From the NCBI GenBank assembly GCA_002189035.1, contig CM007991.1, forward strand, positions 2,604,001 to 2,668,000: a DNA stretch of 64,000 nt. The letters are read 5' to 3'. This DNA comes from Utricularia gibba (Eukaryota; Plantae; Magnoliophyta). A program made the position numbers and the translations under genes. Within the stretch, counting starts at the first letter, position 1. Every line of letters starts with the position of its first letter. A model generated the notes under the pieces. That model was not told the origin of the DNA and did no database searches. It saw nothing but the letters and a program-made list of their open reading frames with translations. Below, in pieces: positions 24,384 to 37,695 of this stretch.

Positions 24384-25690
24384 TCAAGGGAATGAGACCA
24401 CAAGTTTGATTTCATCAGGAGCAGGGGCTATGAAAACAAACCCCTTTTCTTCATTTGATGAGCTGCTGATCCAGCATGAAGCATGATCCGGTTTCTCCCC
24501 TCGATTCACACAGACACTATCCAGTCCAAGCTCATCCCAAGTTGTTGTCATGCTGATTCCATCGCACATCTTCATGGAACCCTTTTCAGATCTCGACACC
24601 AACAGAATCTCACCATCATTTTCAGGAGATCCCTTGATCAAGACCCAGAATTTGGCACTCATTTGCCTGCCAACCTCCTGTTCTGCCTTATCGACGCAAC
24701 AGTTTGCAAGATCCTTGGAATCGGGGTTCCAAGTCCTGGCCAGAATGGTGAAGAGTACACAATCAGCCACTGGTTTGCTCCCGGTGTTCGACCGCAGGTC
24801 AGGTAACGAGATCGATGCAGTCCTGGTCAGGTGCGGATGGTAGAACAAGGGCAATTTAGATTCCTCGTTCCTTGAAACGAGATCTTGGTGGATTGTGATC
24901 CAGCGTTTCAGAAAGCTCGTAGCAGCAAAAGGGTCCACCAGCATCAGGCTGCCACTCAAGCCAAGTGAGTAACCCCCGCAATTGAAGTTGGTCACCTACA
25001 AGTTCTATCAGATTTAGCTCGAATGCATACAGTGCATCTCAACCAACGGATACTATACTACTGAAGACCAAAGAACAAAAAAAATGGAAGCCTCCACGAT
25101 CTGAGAAGGCATTACTGAAATGGAATGCGATTGCATGCACGGAGAATCTGTACGTAAAGAGGCACATGGACGGGCACTGGTGAAAGTTTTGGAGGCATTG
25201 TTTGTAGGATAAGCTGCTTTAAACAGAAAAACAGCAAGGCTAACCTGAACATAGAAAAGTGGAGAGAATTGAGCATTTTGGTGAGTAAAATCCTCCCAAA
25301 AAACCAGCTTCTGAAGTTGATCTAGTGAAGTGGTTGCCTCCTTGACTGTTGTCTCCATCCTGGCTTCCACCAATCTAACCCCGGAGTCGGTGGAAACAAT
25401 CTCGGCATCCTCCCCGGACTCCGACGGTATCCGTAGCCGGCCCGCGATTATCGGTTGCTCGGCGAGGGCAAGGCTGAGGGATTCCTTGATCAGCGCGGCG
25501 TGGAGCCAGCCGCAGTCGACGGGGGATGCCTTGTGGAAGAAGAGAATGACATGGAAGGCGGGTGTCGAAATGGGAAATGAAATTAGATCATGAGGGCGAG
25601 GAGGAAGAACAAGAAGCTTTGCAGATGTTTTGGGGAAGTTGGTTTAGTCGGAACCACAGTCTGCACTGCCTCAATCTGGATTTCAGCCAT
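24384..25690 (-). CDS. BAHD acyltransferase-like protein of the CER2/CER26-like clade, 2 exons; apparent 1-nt deletion at 25628-25635
   Basis: MAEIQIEAVQTVVPTKPT, IKESLSLALAEQPIIAGRLR, FSPLFYVQ|VTNFNCGGYSLGLS. HxxxD is replaced by SLMLVD and there is no DFGWG. Confidence 0.8.
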
Positions 25691-26062
25691 TGCTCAAGCC
25701 ACCACCACAGTACCACAACGCCGTATTTTTCTGTGCAGTATCAACTTATAAATGGCCCCTCCTCCCTAGGCTGTCTGCATTCATGGTGTTAGTTGGGGAG
25801 GGGAAGAAGAAGAAGATTATATATTTAATGACCAGGACTTTTTCAAATTGTCCTTGTTTATATCCTTTTCGATATAAATAAGGAAAGAGGAAGAGAGGCA
25901 TTAGAGTTCAACTATCAAGATTGGAAATTTGAAATTTTGGTCGGGGCGGTTCCCGGTGCGTGGCGACTGTTGAGGAGCAGTGTTAAGTGCATTCCCATTG
26001 TGTAGCAGTTGGATTTCTCGGAAAAAGTTCGTTTTTTTCGTGCTAAAGAAGCAATCTTTGAG

Positions 26063-27626
26063 ATGTCGTCTTCAACCATTTCGGCCACCCCCAGCGAAGG
26101 GCGCATTACACGACGCCGTGGCGCTGTCAGGGGGCAGCCCACCGGAAGTATAGATTTGGGAGCAACTGTAGTCGCCGCGGTTGAAATAGAGACTGAAATT
26201 GCATCTAGCAGGCCCGGCGCCGGAATTTCGAAGGATCTCATTCCTAATCAAGGACCCATTACTCGCCGCCGAGCCGCCGACATGACGAATCACGCCGGAG
26301 GTGCAGACGCAGGTAAACCTCCCGGGCCTGCGGTTGAAAAGGAGTATGAAATCGCATCCAGACGAATTGCCTCCTCGATTTCAAGGGGGGAAGGGGAAAC
26401 CCCAGCGCGAGGCACGAATACGTCGGATAGGAATCCTGCGGCGCCAAATCGGGAACCCAAAATGCCGCGTTGGCTCACTGCTATCAGCATTCTCGTTAAG
26501 AATACGGCCCTGATTGCAGTTTTATTTGGTTTCTGGCGGACGATGCGATGGATGGCGGTGAATTCGGGGCCTGGTGTGGGTGACTTCTCCGTAATTGCCG
26601 GGGAATTGGATGGGAAGTACTCCGAAATAGAAAGGTTCGTCAAGACATCACTGAAAGCTGTTCAATTTCAGGTGACCGCCATCGAGGGAAAGGTAGATGA
26701 CAGGATAAGCTCTCTGAGAAAGGAGTTGAATGAGCAAGTAGCCAAGGAAGGGGAACAGATAGATTTGAAGTTCAAGGCACTGGACGCAAGGTATGATGCT
26801 TTTGAGAAGTTCATGGACGAGTTCAAATCCAAGAATCTGGTTTCAGCTCAGGAGTTCAACCAGTTCTTTGAAGACTTCAAAAACACAAGGACCAATGATG
26901 TTAGTTTCGATGACATTATAGCATATGCAAGAGACATTGTTAACAAGGAAATTGAGAAGCACTCTGCCGATGGGCTGGGTATGGCGGACTACGCTTTGGC
27001 ATCTGGAGGAGGGAGGATCGTGAAGCATTCCGAGCCATACGTCCAAAGTGGCGGCATACTTAACAGGAACAAGATCAGCGCTGAAGCAGAGAAGATGATC
27101 AGACCAAGTTTTGGTGAGCCTGGGCAATGCTTCCCCCTAAAGGGTGTCAAAGGATTCGTCGAGATACGCCTCAGGACCGCCATTATACCCCAAGCTCTGA
27201 CTCTGGAACATGTCGCCAAGGTATTCCACATTACCCTCTTGTTTATGAGCATGCAAATTCCCGCACTGGTTCCTCCCACTTCTTACAAACCTTCACCTCA
27301 TCTGTGCAACAGAGCGTAGCGTTTGACAGATCAAGCGCTCCGAGAAGGTGCCGGGTATCCGGATGGCTTCAAGGAGAGGACCCAAATGAAGCAGAGGATA
27401 GCAGGCAGGTGCTCCCCTGGCTGAGTTTACATACGACCTGGAGAAGAGCAATGCTCAAACCTTCAAGATAGACGACAGCGCGTCCCCGGCGGCGTCCAGC
27501 CTCGTCGATACCATCAGGCTGGATATCGTATCCAACCATGGGAGCCCAACTCATACCTGCGTCTACCGCCTGAGAGTACACGGCCTTGAGCCCGGCTCCC
27601 TCCCAGCTCTCGAAGTCCAGTCTTAG
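26063..27626 (+). CDS. SUN1: C-terminal SUN-domain inner nuclear envelope protein (SUN1/SUN2), 2 exons; apparent 1-nt deletion at 27414-27417
   Basis: TM segment and coiled coil, [35 protein letters not shown]|[42 protein letters not shown]. Confidence 0.92.
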
Positions 27627-28041
27627 AGTTAGTTTATTTGTTTCTAGCATTTTGGGCCCCACAAATATTATTCATGATTTATTCGGAAACAAAAAAAGAA
27701 TCCAAATATGCATGAAAGAATATACTCTAAATAAAAAAAAAACACGAGGTCCTTTCGGGCATAGGAGTTACGAACACATACGTCACCATAAATAGTAAAC
27801 GTGAATATTTAAATATTCGGATTTAATATTAATAAAATGGGTAATTAAACGTAAAATAATGTTGATTGATTCCAAATCTCTGGTTTAAGAGAAACATGCG
27901 ATACGTTTTTGGCAAAAGCGGCAGGGGATCTGGTTGCCATATATCATCACTGGGTGATCCTCTGGATGCCATAACTCTTTCTACTACTTCTTGTTCTTTT
28001 CTGGCATGCCACTTCGACTCACGAGCGATCAGAACAGGGCT

Positions 28042-28508
28042 ATGGAACCCGGGGAGCCAACTCACTCGGTCGACTCGGCCCAGAGCAACGTCGTGGACGA
28101 GGGCACGGCGGCCGCCAGGGGGGAGAGGATGTCAAGATATTTACGTGCAAGTACTGCCCGAGAGAGTTTACGACTTCTCAAGCGCTGGGGGGGCATCAAA
28201 ACGCCCACAAGCAAGAAAGGGCGATGGACAAGAACCCACATGTTAGCACCACGTCTTCGGTGATTTACTTCCCGCGGGTCGTTCCCGGGGCGGCGACTCC
28301 CATGTTTCGACAGGATTGGGTTAATGCGCAAGACCACGTGGCTGTTCCTGCAACTTACCGTTATCATCTTCCTAGTTTCTATTGGGCAACTCCGCCGCTT
28401 CCGGTTGGTGGAAGCACTGACCCCCCTTCTCCCACACCGGTACAAGAAAGTATGGATGGAGAAGAGGGAAAAGAAGGGGAGGATATTGATCTTACGCTTA
28501 AGCTTTGA
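28042..28508 (+). CDS. Single C2H2 QALGGH zinc-finger repressor with C-terminal EAR motif; apparent 1-nt deletion at 28118-28123
   Basis: Reading across frames gives [27 protein letters not shown], ending [11 protein letters not shown] 28042 joins this frame only if the G6 run is G7. Confidence 0.85.
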
Positions 28509-28996
28509 TAACACTCAGTTTGTGTTTTGTTCTACAGAAAAAAAAAAAAAAGAGTTATTCATTGGGATGTTTTAGCATTTTGTATATACACATTCGTTCT
28601 TGTGTCCTGTGATTCCTTAACTCCAGGGCTATGGTCAATCGAGGTTGTTGTGTTTCCATATGGTTTAATTACAGGAATGCCCTTCCACCATTTTTTGTCC
28701 CTAGGTAGAAACATTAGGATACTCAAGGGTGACGAATTAGCCTGTCTACTTGTGAGTTTGAAACATGAACATGGAGAAACCATTGCAATGGCTTCTTGTA
28801 CTTGTTTGAAAAAACTAAAAAAAAAAAAAGATGATCAGATTTAGTAGCAACTTGTCCAGCTGTTTTGTAACGTTTGGATAGTTGATGCAGTTAGTTTTCT
28901 GATGAAAGGAAAGTATTCAAGAAGCAGTGGGGACAGGTTTTTCAGATGCTATTTTTGGATCCATGACTTGTAGTAAGAGTAAAAAAGCTACTGCTT

Positions 28997-31192
28997 TTAA
29001 CTGAAGTGGTGATCAATGGTATAATTGTTACCCATGTCACTGCCATTGTCTGCTTCATCTCCTTCAGTAAGCCACATTCTGGATGGATGCCGGGTTAGCT
29101 CGAGCAACGATTCCTTTACATGATCCGCTCCAACAGTGTCATTACTTTTTCGCTGTTGAGAAGGTGAGTGGCAATTCATGAGGTTGTGAGTTTATTCTAC
29201 AATGAGATGAGAAGTCTTGGTGGTTACCTCGACCTTGAAAGTACTAGAGACGAGGCAGGTGTGTCTTGAAACATTAACATTTGTCACTTCCAAACCTAAG
29301 GAACTCAGAGCTTCCAGTAACCTCAAAAAGGCTCCTGGTTTGTGCTCACAGAATACTTTGAGGAAGAACTCCTTGCCATCGAGCTGAAATACCTCAACTT
29401 GGGGCTGAAATGTAAACCAAGAAGATAGTTTTTCGATCCATGTTAGGATACTAAAATAAAAGATGGTCATTGTACCTCCATTTGTTGCACTTTGTCATTG
29501 ATGTGGTCAATATCATGGTTTTGAGTAGACATATTTTCCTTGTAGTTCCTCCGGAAACCGTCCAACATGTTTTCATTCTCTCGGTTTAGGCTCCACCTCT
29601 CAGTATTCTGCTGTTGAACGCTGATCTGTTGTACATCTTCATTGTCTGAGTTTTCCTCTAGCTCCATTTGTAGTTCTTTTTCTTGTTTCTGCAGCTCGTT
29701 AATGTAGTCAATGGCATCTCCGAGTATCGAAGCTCTGTCCAACTACACCAAAAAGACTTGCTTTTGCATCATGCCGTTCCAGAATCATATTTTAAGATTA
29801 GTTATTGGATCACCTTAGAGATATTTGGAACCAGGCCCTCAACTTATAGAGCTTGTCATTCAGCTTCTTTCTGCGCCTCCTCTCTGCCTGAAGATTCTTT
29901 GCTTGGCCTTTTCCAGTCCTTTTACGGTACTTGGTTTCCTCTTCGTCATCCGAACCGTCCATTCTGTTGTTCTCACATATGAAGGAGCCATCATTTACCT
30001 GATCTTGCATCCAGTTTGGTGAAGTGCTCATGATATTGTTGTTCATTGCAGCTTCCGCGTGATGGAAACCGTTGTCAAATGAATTTGAATACGCCTTCCC
30101 TTCTGCACAGTCAAATAACCAAGGAAGATGAAGCTGTTTGGCTTTTCATCTTTACCACAGACAGCAACTGAGATTTCTACTTACCTTCCATGAAAATGGC
30201 TCCTCCATTCAAGTGGCTGGTATCGAAGACATTGCTGCTGAAGTTTTGCAGATTGAGTTGAGGATTACTGAGATGAATTCTCTCAGCAGAGATATCTCTA
30301 GGCAAATCGAAGCTATCCATTGAGATCTGTTGCTGAAATAGGCCTAAGGGGTGTTGTTCAGAAGGAAAGGAGTCAGTTGTGGCTGAGCTGCTGCTCATCT
30401 GCTCCAGGAAGTAGTTGCATTCGGCCCTGACCATCTTTATCACTTGGTCATTCTCAGGAACCTGAAAATGAACAGAAAAACTCTCTCAAATAAGATCTTG
30501 GATTTCTAGTGCAACAACAAACAACTCACCGCTTTAGTGGTAAATAACTCCACCAATCCGAGCGGTAAAGGGATCAGAACTCTGGTTCCACTCGTTTCCT
30601 GCAGTTGAACAATGAATGAGAACTACTGATTCTTTCGTCTCAGAATTGGCCTAGTTCAGATTATTGGGAGTACTGTACATGGGGCAAAGATGAATCCAAT
30701 CTTGGTACAATGTTAAGCCAAGTTGGTTGATTTGACAAAAGTGTCTGAGAATGAATCCTGCAAAAGGAGAGCTCATGAAACTGGTGGATTTTGAGAAAGT
30801 ACTAACTGATGTGATGTTACTTGCCCTGAATCCACCAGAGAAACTGAACAAGGCAACTGATTCAGCAGATCACAGGAAGGGATTTGGGGATGTGGAAACA
30901 TGAAATCTCTGCATGGAGCTGAAGAGGAGGAAGAAGATTGAAAGCAGCTTACAGCAATTTCTTCATTGCTCTCACTTCCAGCACAACAGCAATCCATCCA
31001 CTCAATACACCTGAGGTGATGATGAATGTATATACACAAGATGTGAAAATCTAGTTGCCGAATTCAAATTATGGTGTATGGGTACACTGAACCATACCCT
31101 TGATCATGGCTTATTTTCCAAAGAACAATGTAATCCCATCTCTGAATCCCCACCAGGGGCCTGAGTCTTTCCAGAAAACTATGCACAAACAT
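28997..31192 (-). CDS. AMS: bHLH transcription factor ABORTED MICROSPORES, about 9 exons; apparent 1-nt deletion in the bHLH at 29834-29838
   Basis: FLERLRPLVGIQRWDYIVLWK, CIEWMDCCCAG, TRVLIPLPLGLVELF, KNLQAERRRRKKLNDKLY, LDRASILGDAIDYINELQ and an ACT-like C-terminus. The intron at 30824-30758 has a GC donor. Confidence 0.92.
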
Positions 31193-31800
31193 GATCTTTC
31201 TCCTGTCAAAAAACAGAGGTAAGCAATCCCAACTTTCAGGTCCACAGTTCAAGATTTGATATCCATCAGCCCACTTAACTTGAAATCCTCTTGCGGTGGC
31301 CTTTTTATCATTTCAAGGGAGAGTTACAACCGTAATATGCTGGTAGGTGAGAGGCATACCATGCGTGACATGATAACTCACTCCAAAGCGTGCACTCATT
31401 TCTCTAGTTTTGTCTTAACAAGCACACGTTACTCCTTTTCAGGAGAACTCACAAAAGCTTGCATTCATTCATGTGTCTTTCTCCTCGTTTCACTTCACAC
31501 CGCACAAGGCTCAGGCTCAAGGTGTTTGCACGGTTAAAAAGAATGAGCATGTGCACAGTATATTTTTCACACAAATGAAAATGACTAGGCACAAAAAGTG
31601 AAATCTACACATTCAAGATATGCTGAAGTAGGGTAGCTCCTTGACATGCGTAGGGATGTGGTGTGTGAACATAATTTAATCTAAATATCATAACTGCTTC
31701 CAACCATATCACTTTCGTGTTGGTAAACATTCCAACTTTCTTCTACACCAATTTTTTTCAAGCTCAAAGAATGCTCACCTTTCATGCTTCAACAAAACAG

Positions 31801-31875
31801 TGGGTTGACTCCATTGGTTAACTTAGAAGTGTGAGACCCTACGAGTCTCGGTGTTTGATCCACAGTCAGAAAAAA
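31801..31875 (+). mobile_element. Possible tRNA-derived SINE-like relic
   Basis: A-box-like TTGACTCCATTGGT (31805) and degenerate B-box-like GGTGTTTGATCC (31850), about 45 nt apart, followed by an A-rich tail. Confidence 0.25.
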
Positions 31876-31914
31876 TACAAGGAATCATTCAATCCTTTGG
31901 ACCTGGAATGCTTT

Positions 31915-34900
31915 TCAGGAGACGATATCTAAGTCTGCATCAGCATCAGCCTCCCCGTTGATCAACCCGGGTTCTGCATCAGCCTCAATCTGGCCTGCTT
32001 CCAGTGTCCCATCTGATTCTGGATTCTGCTGCTTATGATTCCCATAAGCAGTAGGCTTCCCAATGGGGGAAACCTTGTCCGTGTCTGAAGCAGCGGCTGG
32101 GGTCTCCAAATCCATTCTCCCACCATCGGCATCATTTTCACCAGCAGGAGTTGCAACCTGTCTCAAAGCATTGATGCATTGAAGGTAAAGCATGTGAAAT
32201 AACTTTAAATATATGCATCTGAAAAACTAGTATACTAACTATTCTCCTGAAGACATTCAGTTATGATGCTCCTGAACGCAAGTAGGTTTCTTGATACCTG
32301 AGAATCTTCAACTTGCTGGGCGGAACCCTTGATGATCTCATCTTTCTTGGCACGCCTTGACCTGTCAGCTGATTTAACTTGATATTTTGACTGCACGTCC
32401 GGAGGCAAAAGTTCCAATGGAACAACCCCTTCAATGCCGTGCTCATTGAACTGCAATGTATAACCATCTCATTCTAAATCTCCTCGCATGCATATAAAAA
32501 ACCTAGTCAATGAAGATTTCATACTCTAGAAAATCCCTCCAAATCTTGCCGAGCGGAAAACCTCAATCCCTTCCAGCAATACACCTGTAAATAGTTACGC
32601 GTCACTTAGATGCAAGTTGAAAGGACAATTTGCCAAGAAAAGTTATATAACGGTTGCATGCAATATTCTGTTGCATCTCATCAGCCAACCATTTTGCTGT
32701 CTCGAAACATTCCCAACTCAGAGAAACAAATGAAAAAGTTAAACTTGGATGCAAGCTCTGAAGGCAAATACATGAAAACGGGACGCCTTTTTATTTGAAT
32801 AGAGAAATTCTTATAAATAAGAACCAAGAGGTGGGTATAGCATCACTCCTATGCTCGCTCGAAGTCATCTCATCAAGGGCAAAGAAAATTACTTACTCGG
32901 TTATTTTTGTGTGATATTCAGCTTCTATTCCTGCAGATTCATCCATCTGTTGTTTCAGAAACGTTAAGTTCTAGCTTACATCCCCAAATCATCTTTTATC
33001 AAGAGCCAAAGGTAATATAGACAGCTAATAGGAATCAACTCACATCGTCAGCCAACGGCTTCCAATAGTCCATTATTGAAGGAGTGCAGACACGCTGAGA
33101 ATCTGTCAAAGCATTCTGAAAAATTAACCACAAAAAACCAATTAGAAGTTAGATCAGAAGCTAACTAGCTTCAGTGACAAACAAGCCACTCCTGGACTGC
33201 TATCAATCAAAAAAATAGAGTAACTGAATTGACCGAAAGGAACTTGACATTTGACAAATGAACACAAAGGAACTTAAAAAGATAGGACAAGATTTTCCAA
33301 AATCAAACTAAAAATTTCTGTAGCACGTACAAAGTAGAAATTTTCAGGACATACAAAGAACAAAAAAAAAAAAAAACCTCGGAACCACAAAATACTATTT
33401 AAGGAGTTATTGGCCAGCAATATCTCATTTTTTTTAAAAAAAAAATCTAGAATTTTTATGGAAGGTTGAAAGCAGAAAAGCTTTGAAACATACTGGATTC
33501 TGGTCTGCCCATTTCCACAGCTGAGAGAGTTCTTTATTGCCAAGTCTCCAGCGAATCCGTCTGTGAGGTTTTATGGAAAGAGAGAAACGTAAAAAAGTAT
33601 AGAAAGATGAGGAGATCATGAGATGAGTTGATATACTAGAGCAGGACAAATTGCTCGATCATATTTCTCAAACCAAAAAACACATAAAACTGTTGTTATT
33701 AACCCCTTAAAGAGACCATTCTCATGCTGAGCATCAATAGAATCATCCTTGGAATATATAAAATTATCTTCTTGCCCATGCGATCATGAGCTTATTTACT
33801 TGATCAAAATCATTCATCGGGTTGTGTACACCTTACTATGAAACACACACCTATTTTCATGGATTTTAGCTGATGCTCATTCACAACTCTAAATTTAACA
33901 CCGAATGTAAATCACAACCATCCATCAACACAATTTTACTCATAGGTATTAGCTTATACCGCTTCTTGACGCCATCCTGAGAGAGCTTTCTCTCAGTCGG
34001 TTGTTTTTCAAAAGGAGGACAGCCATCACGCTTCCACCAAACCTGAAAGAAAAACACGCCCAGAAACGGCAAAAAACAGTAAGGGAAGTAGACCAGCTCT
34101 AGGTACCGAGGGAGAGGTAGGAAATTTTACTTTCTTACCCAATTCTTTTCACGCTCCAGTATATGCTCGATGCCTTGGAGAAATTCTTTGCCTCTGGGAG
34201 GTGTCAATTCCAGAAGCTTCTTCACCTGTTCTTCACTACTTTTTATCTCTTCCTTCTAGAGACAAAAAAAAAAAAAAAGGCACACAAATGATCAGGAAAC
34301 CATAAAGAGTGAACATAACATACACCATAATACTGACTATTGTATCTGTCGGCAGATCCTTGTCATTCTTTCCAGGTGCCTGTACGGAAAATCCAGTTTA
34401 TCATCAAATGCAACTAAGATAACTGGGCGCAAGAAGACAAGTTAGAACTAATATTTCCGAATTTCAAATCAAGAGATTCTGATGCAAAACAGTTACTGGG
34501 ACAAAATTATATCAGAATTTCATTAAAAAAGAGGCCTCCAATAATTCTCTATTACAATATTGCATTCAACAAGACACAAAAAACACAAAAAGAAAACAGA
34601 GAAATTTGAGTGAAACACCAACAAGAAAATAATCACTTATTACAACATAGAGACAGGGACCAGAAAGTATATAGGGTTTGCCAATGAATTATTGCATGCC
34701 ACTTGTTCCAACATGAAGACAGAGGCCAGAAAAGAAGAGTTGAAGTACCTTCAGATAGTCAAACAAAATAAGGCATTGAACCAGAAAATGCCGCCGAAAA
34801 CTTGGATCCTTCAACTGTAAAAAGGGAGAAAAGGTAAGTTTGTAGGTATCGATGGATCTCCTACACGTGAAACTCGACGAATGTGATGGACCTACAAAAT

Positions 34901-37467
34901 CTGTACCTCTAAACCCATTAGGTTACTACTCGTTAAATACTTTATGTTGAAGTTGGATGCCTCATCCTCGATGTTAATAGCATTGCATTCTTCATCACTC
35001 AAAGGCTGAGCCTTGAATGTATTCAAAACAACCTGTACAAACATAAAATACCAACCCCAAAATAAAGAGAGTTTCCAGAAGATGAAAGATACTAGAAATA
35101 TTGAGTCTAAAAAACTCACCAACAAACTGGAATTGAAATTCTGCCATTTCATAGCAACAGGCGTAAGTGATGCAGGATTCGAAAAATGTTCCTGCATATC
35201 AGGAAGAAAATGGACATCAATCAGCCGACTGAACCAGAAAACTGACCATCATTGAATGATGCAAGAAAGACAATTTTTGTTAATTATTCTTTCTTTTTCT
35301 TGGGAAAAACCATAAATTACAAAAACAAAAGGCTCGCGAAACAAAATATCCCTATCCAACTCCAGTAGAAATAAAACAAGCAGGTTGGCATAAAAAGAGA
35401 AACTAAAAAATAAAAATGAATTGATAGAGAAAATAGATGACACAACTAATTTCCCTACTACCTACCTGCAAATTCCAGAAGGTTTTGTAGAAGTTGAAGT
35501 CAATTGAACCAACTGAAAGAAGATATGGTGAATCCATTTAAGAAGATAATCGAGGAATCCAATAAAAAATCAAAACGTTGCAGTACAACAGCATTACACT
35601 CAGGGGCTTCTTTCTCATATTTGGTCTCATTAGATGTATTAAAAACTCCTTTTATATTTACAGCTGCAAGAAAGGTGCATCATATTGTAAGTTATCGTGG
35701 TACATATAGAACCAGTGGATCATATTTATAACATATGCACGATTACCAGAACGTTCTGATAAAGGGAAAAAGTGCGCAAGAAACATTATTATTCGTCCGC
35801 AGAAGACAACATCATTTGCCTGGAAACATAAGAGAATGCTTCAAAGCCATATAGTGACATGGGACTGAAATATCATTCTCAGCCTATGCTTGTAGTATCA
35901 TTGAAAAAAACTGCTAACGTGATTCAAAGAGATAAACCTTTGATAATCGCCGAAGAAGTTGGTTGCATGTTCTCAGCATCACAAGTTTTCCCCTTGCGAA
36001 GAGTTCTGGCTGAAAGATTGAGAAGAAAACATAGGAACAAAGCCATGAAAAAGATACCAGTAAAACAGATAAAAAACATTTCCATGGATGCTTACCTTCC
36101 CAAGAATGTCTTGCCTACTCTCTATATAGCCAAAAATATCCTCACAATTTCTCATGGTAGACATTTCTGTCAAATCTTCCAGAAGTTGAAAAATCATGCC
36201 ACCTTCTATATTTTCTCTCTCACACAAATAAAGAACAATGTCTAAAAGGAGGAGAAGATAATATCATGTTAGTCAGGAAAACTTCAATATTACCTTCGTC
36301 TTCAATCTTAGATGTAGAAACCAGAAATTTAGGAAGAAAACGAAAATTGAACTGCTAAGATCTTCTGCAGTTTGTATATTAAATAACACATAAATTTCTA
36401 GCTACAACTAGCATTGTAAGTTACATGCTATAGATCACAGAGCAGCATATATAAGCCTTCAATGTTAAAAATGATTAATTTAATTGAACCACTGGAGCAT
36501 GGTAGTGATTTTAGAGAACCAGAACCAAAATGCTAGCTCACCAAGAAGACGGGGGATTTGACCAAGGCAATCTTCCCCTTCAGCAACTGAATGACCATAC
36601 TGCATAACTCGTTCCCCTGCCTGAACTGCAGAGGACTGCAAAAAATTTGATGCAGCCATCAAGATAATGATTAGAGGAATAGGTCATGCTCAGACATTCT
36701 TAAGATACTGCGCATATAAGGAAAACAACAAGACACAGAGGATAAATATTGAACAATTTGCAAGAAGAGAAACATGCAACAGCGAACACACTTTAGTTCC
36801 AATCGAAAACACCTATTTGAGATAACTTATACCCAGAAGTGCCCTTTTCTTGACCCCAAAACTATGTCAGAGCCTGCCATCTGCGTAGCTGTTTAAGTAA
36901 ATAAACAAGAAGGTAAAGAGGCAGTACCACCAGCTCCCGGAGCAACGACCTAAGAATATTTTCCAACAGCTGATTTTCATCTTGCAAAAGTTTGGCAGGG
37001 TTCTGCAAAAAAACCAGTACTTCAAAACATACAATCTACAATGGAGTTCACAAGCAGCAGGTATAAACCTCCAAAAAGAAAAGAAATCGTTATACTAAAA
37101 AATAGTTCCATCCTCAAAGAAAACAAAATCTTGAACATTACCAACGCAAACTTCACTTGCGATCCCTTGGAAACACAAAGCCATAAAGAAAACTCGAGCC
37201 CCCTTCATAATTTCCGCACTTTCTAAAGCTAGCATGCTGCCTTATCCTCAGAATCCCTCAAAAAAAAGAGAGAAAGAAAAAGAAAACCAAACCTGTGGCT
37301 TTATAACTTGTTCAACAATTTGAAGCGCGAAATCTTGTGGAGGAGCAGGATTCAAAATTGCCTCCCTGAAAATCTCCTGAGCGCATCACAACCAAAATAC
37401 AGTCAGTTTCCTAGTGGCGCGAGCATAACGAACTTGACAAGGAAAGGAAAGGAAGGCATGCCACCAT
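31915..37467 (-). CDS. THO1: THO complex subunit 1 (HPR1/THO1), about 21 exons; two apparent 1-nt deletions
   Basis: IFREAIL, DENQLLENILR, EGGMIFQLLEDLTEMST, ELFARGKLVMLRTCNQLLRRLSK, WKRDGCPPFEK, RWRLGNKELSQLWKW, VYCWKGLRFSARQD. Confidence 0.93.
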
Positions 37468-37619
37468 TTATCTCAAGAGCAACTGCGGAAGTCACTCCGC
37501 CAAATGACCGAACACCAACTGCTCCTGAATTTCAACACTTGTTGCTTATATACGACATGACCCCCAAGACTTGCTAAAATTGCTTCAAATGACGCAAAAG
37601 ATTTCTTCGACGAGCAACG

Positions 37620-37695
37620 GGGCCAAAAGTGGTATTTACCCTATTAGGTAAGGGCCTTACATCACGGCCCAATATTATTTAGTGGGCCAGGCCCA
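37620..37695. promoter_or_regulatory. Site II cluster in the THO1/DUF1365 bidirectional promoter
   Basis: GGCCCA at 37666, TGGGCC at 37683 and GGCCCA at 37690, between divergent ATGs 356 bp apart. Confidence 0.6.

Noticed and set aside
8485-25690. Possible cuticle/cell-wall biosynthetic cluster (CYP86A, polygalacturonase, CASPL, BAHD)
   Set aside because: There is no scaffold-forming enzyme, the genes are interspersed with housekeeping genes, and nothing in the sequence indicates co-regulation.
5287-31192. Possible meiosis/anther gene cluster (PRD3, SUN, AMS)
   Set aside because: The genes are separated by many unrelated ones. The PRD3 neighbourhood (TRM, CYP86A, UBC, BPS1) matches ancestral synteny as I recall it, so chance co-location is sufficient.
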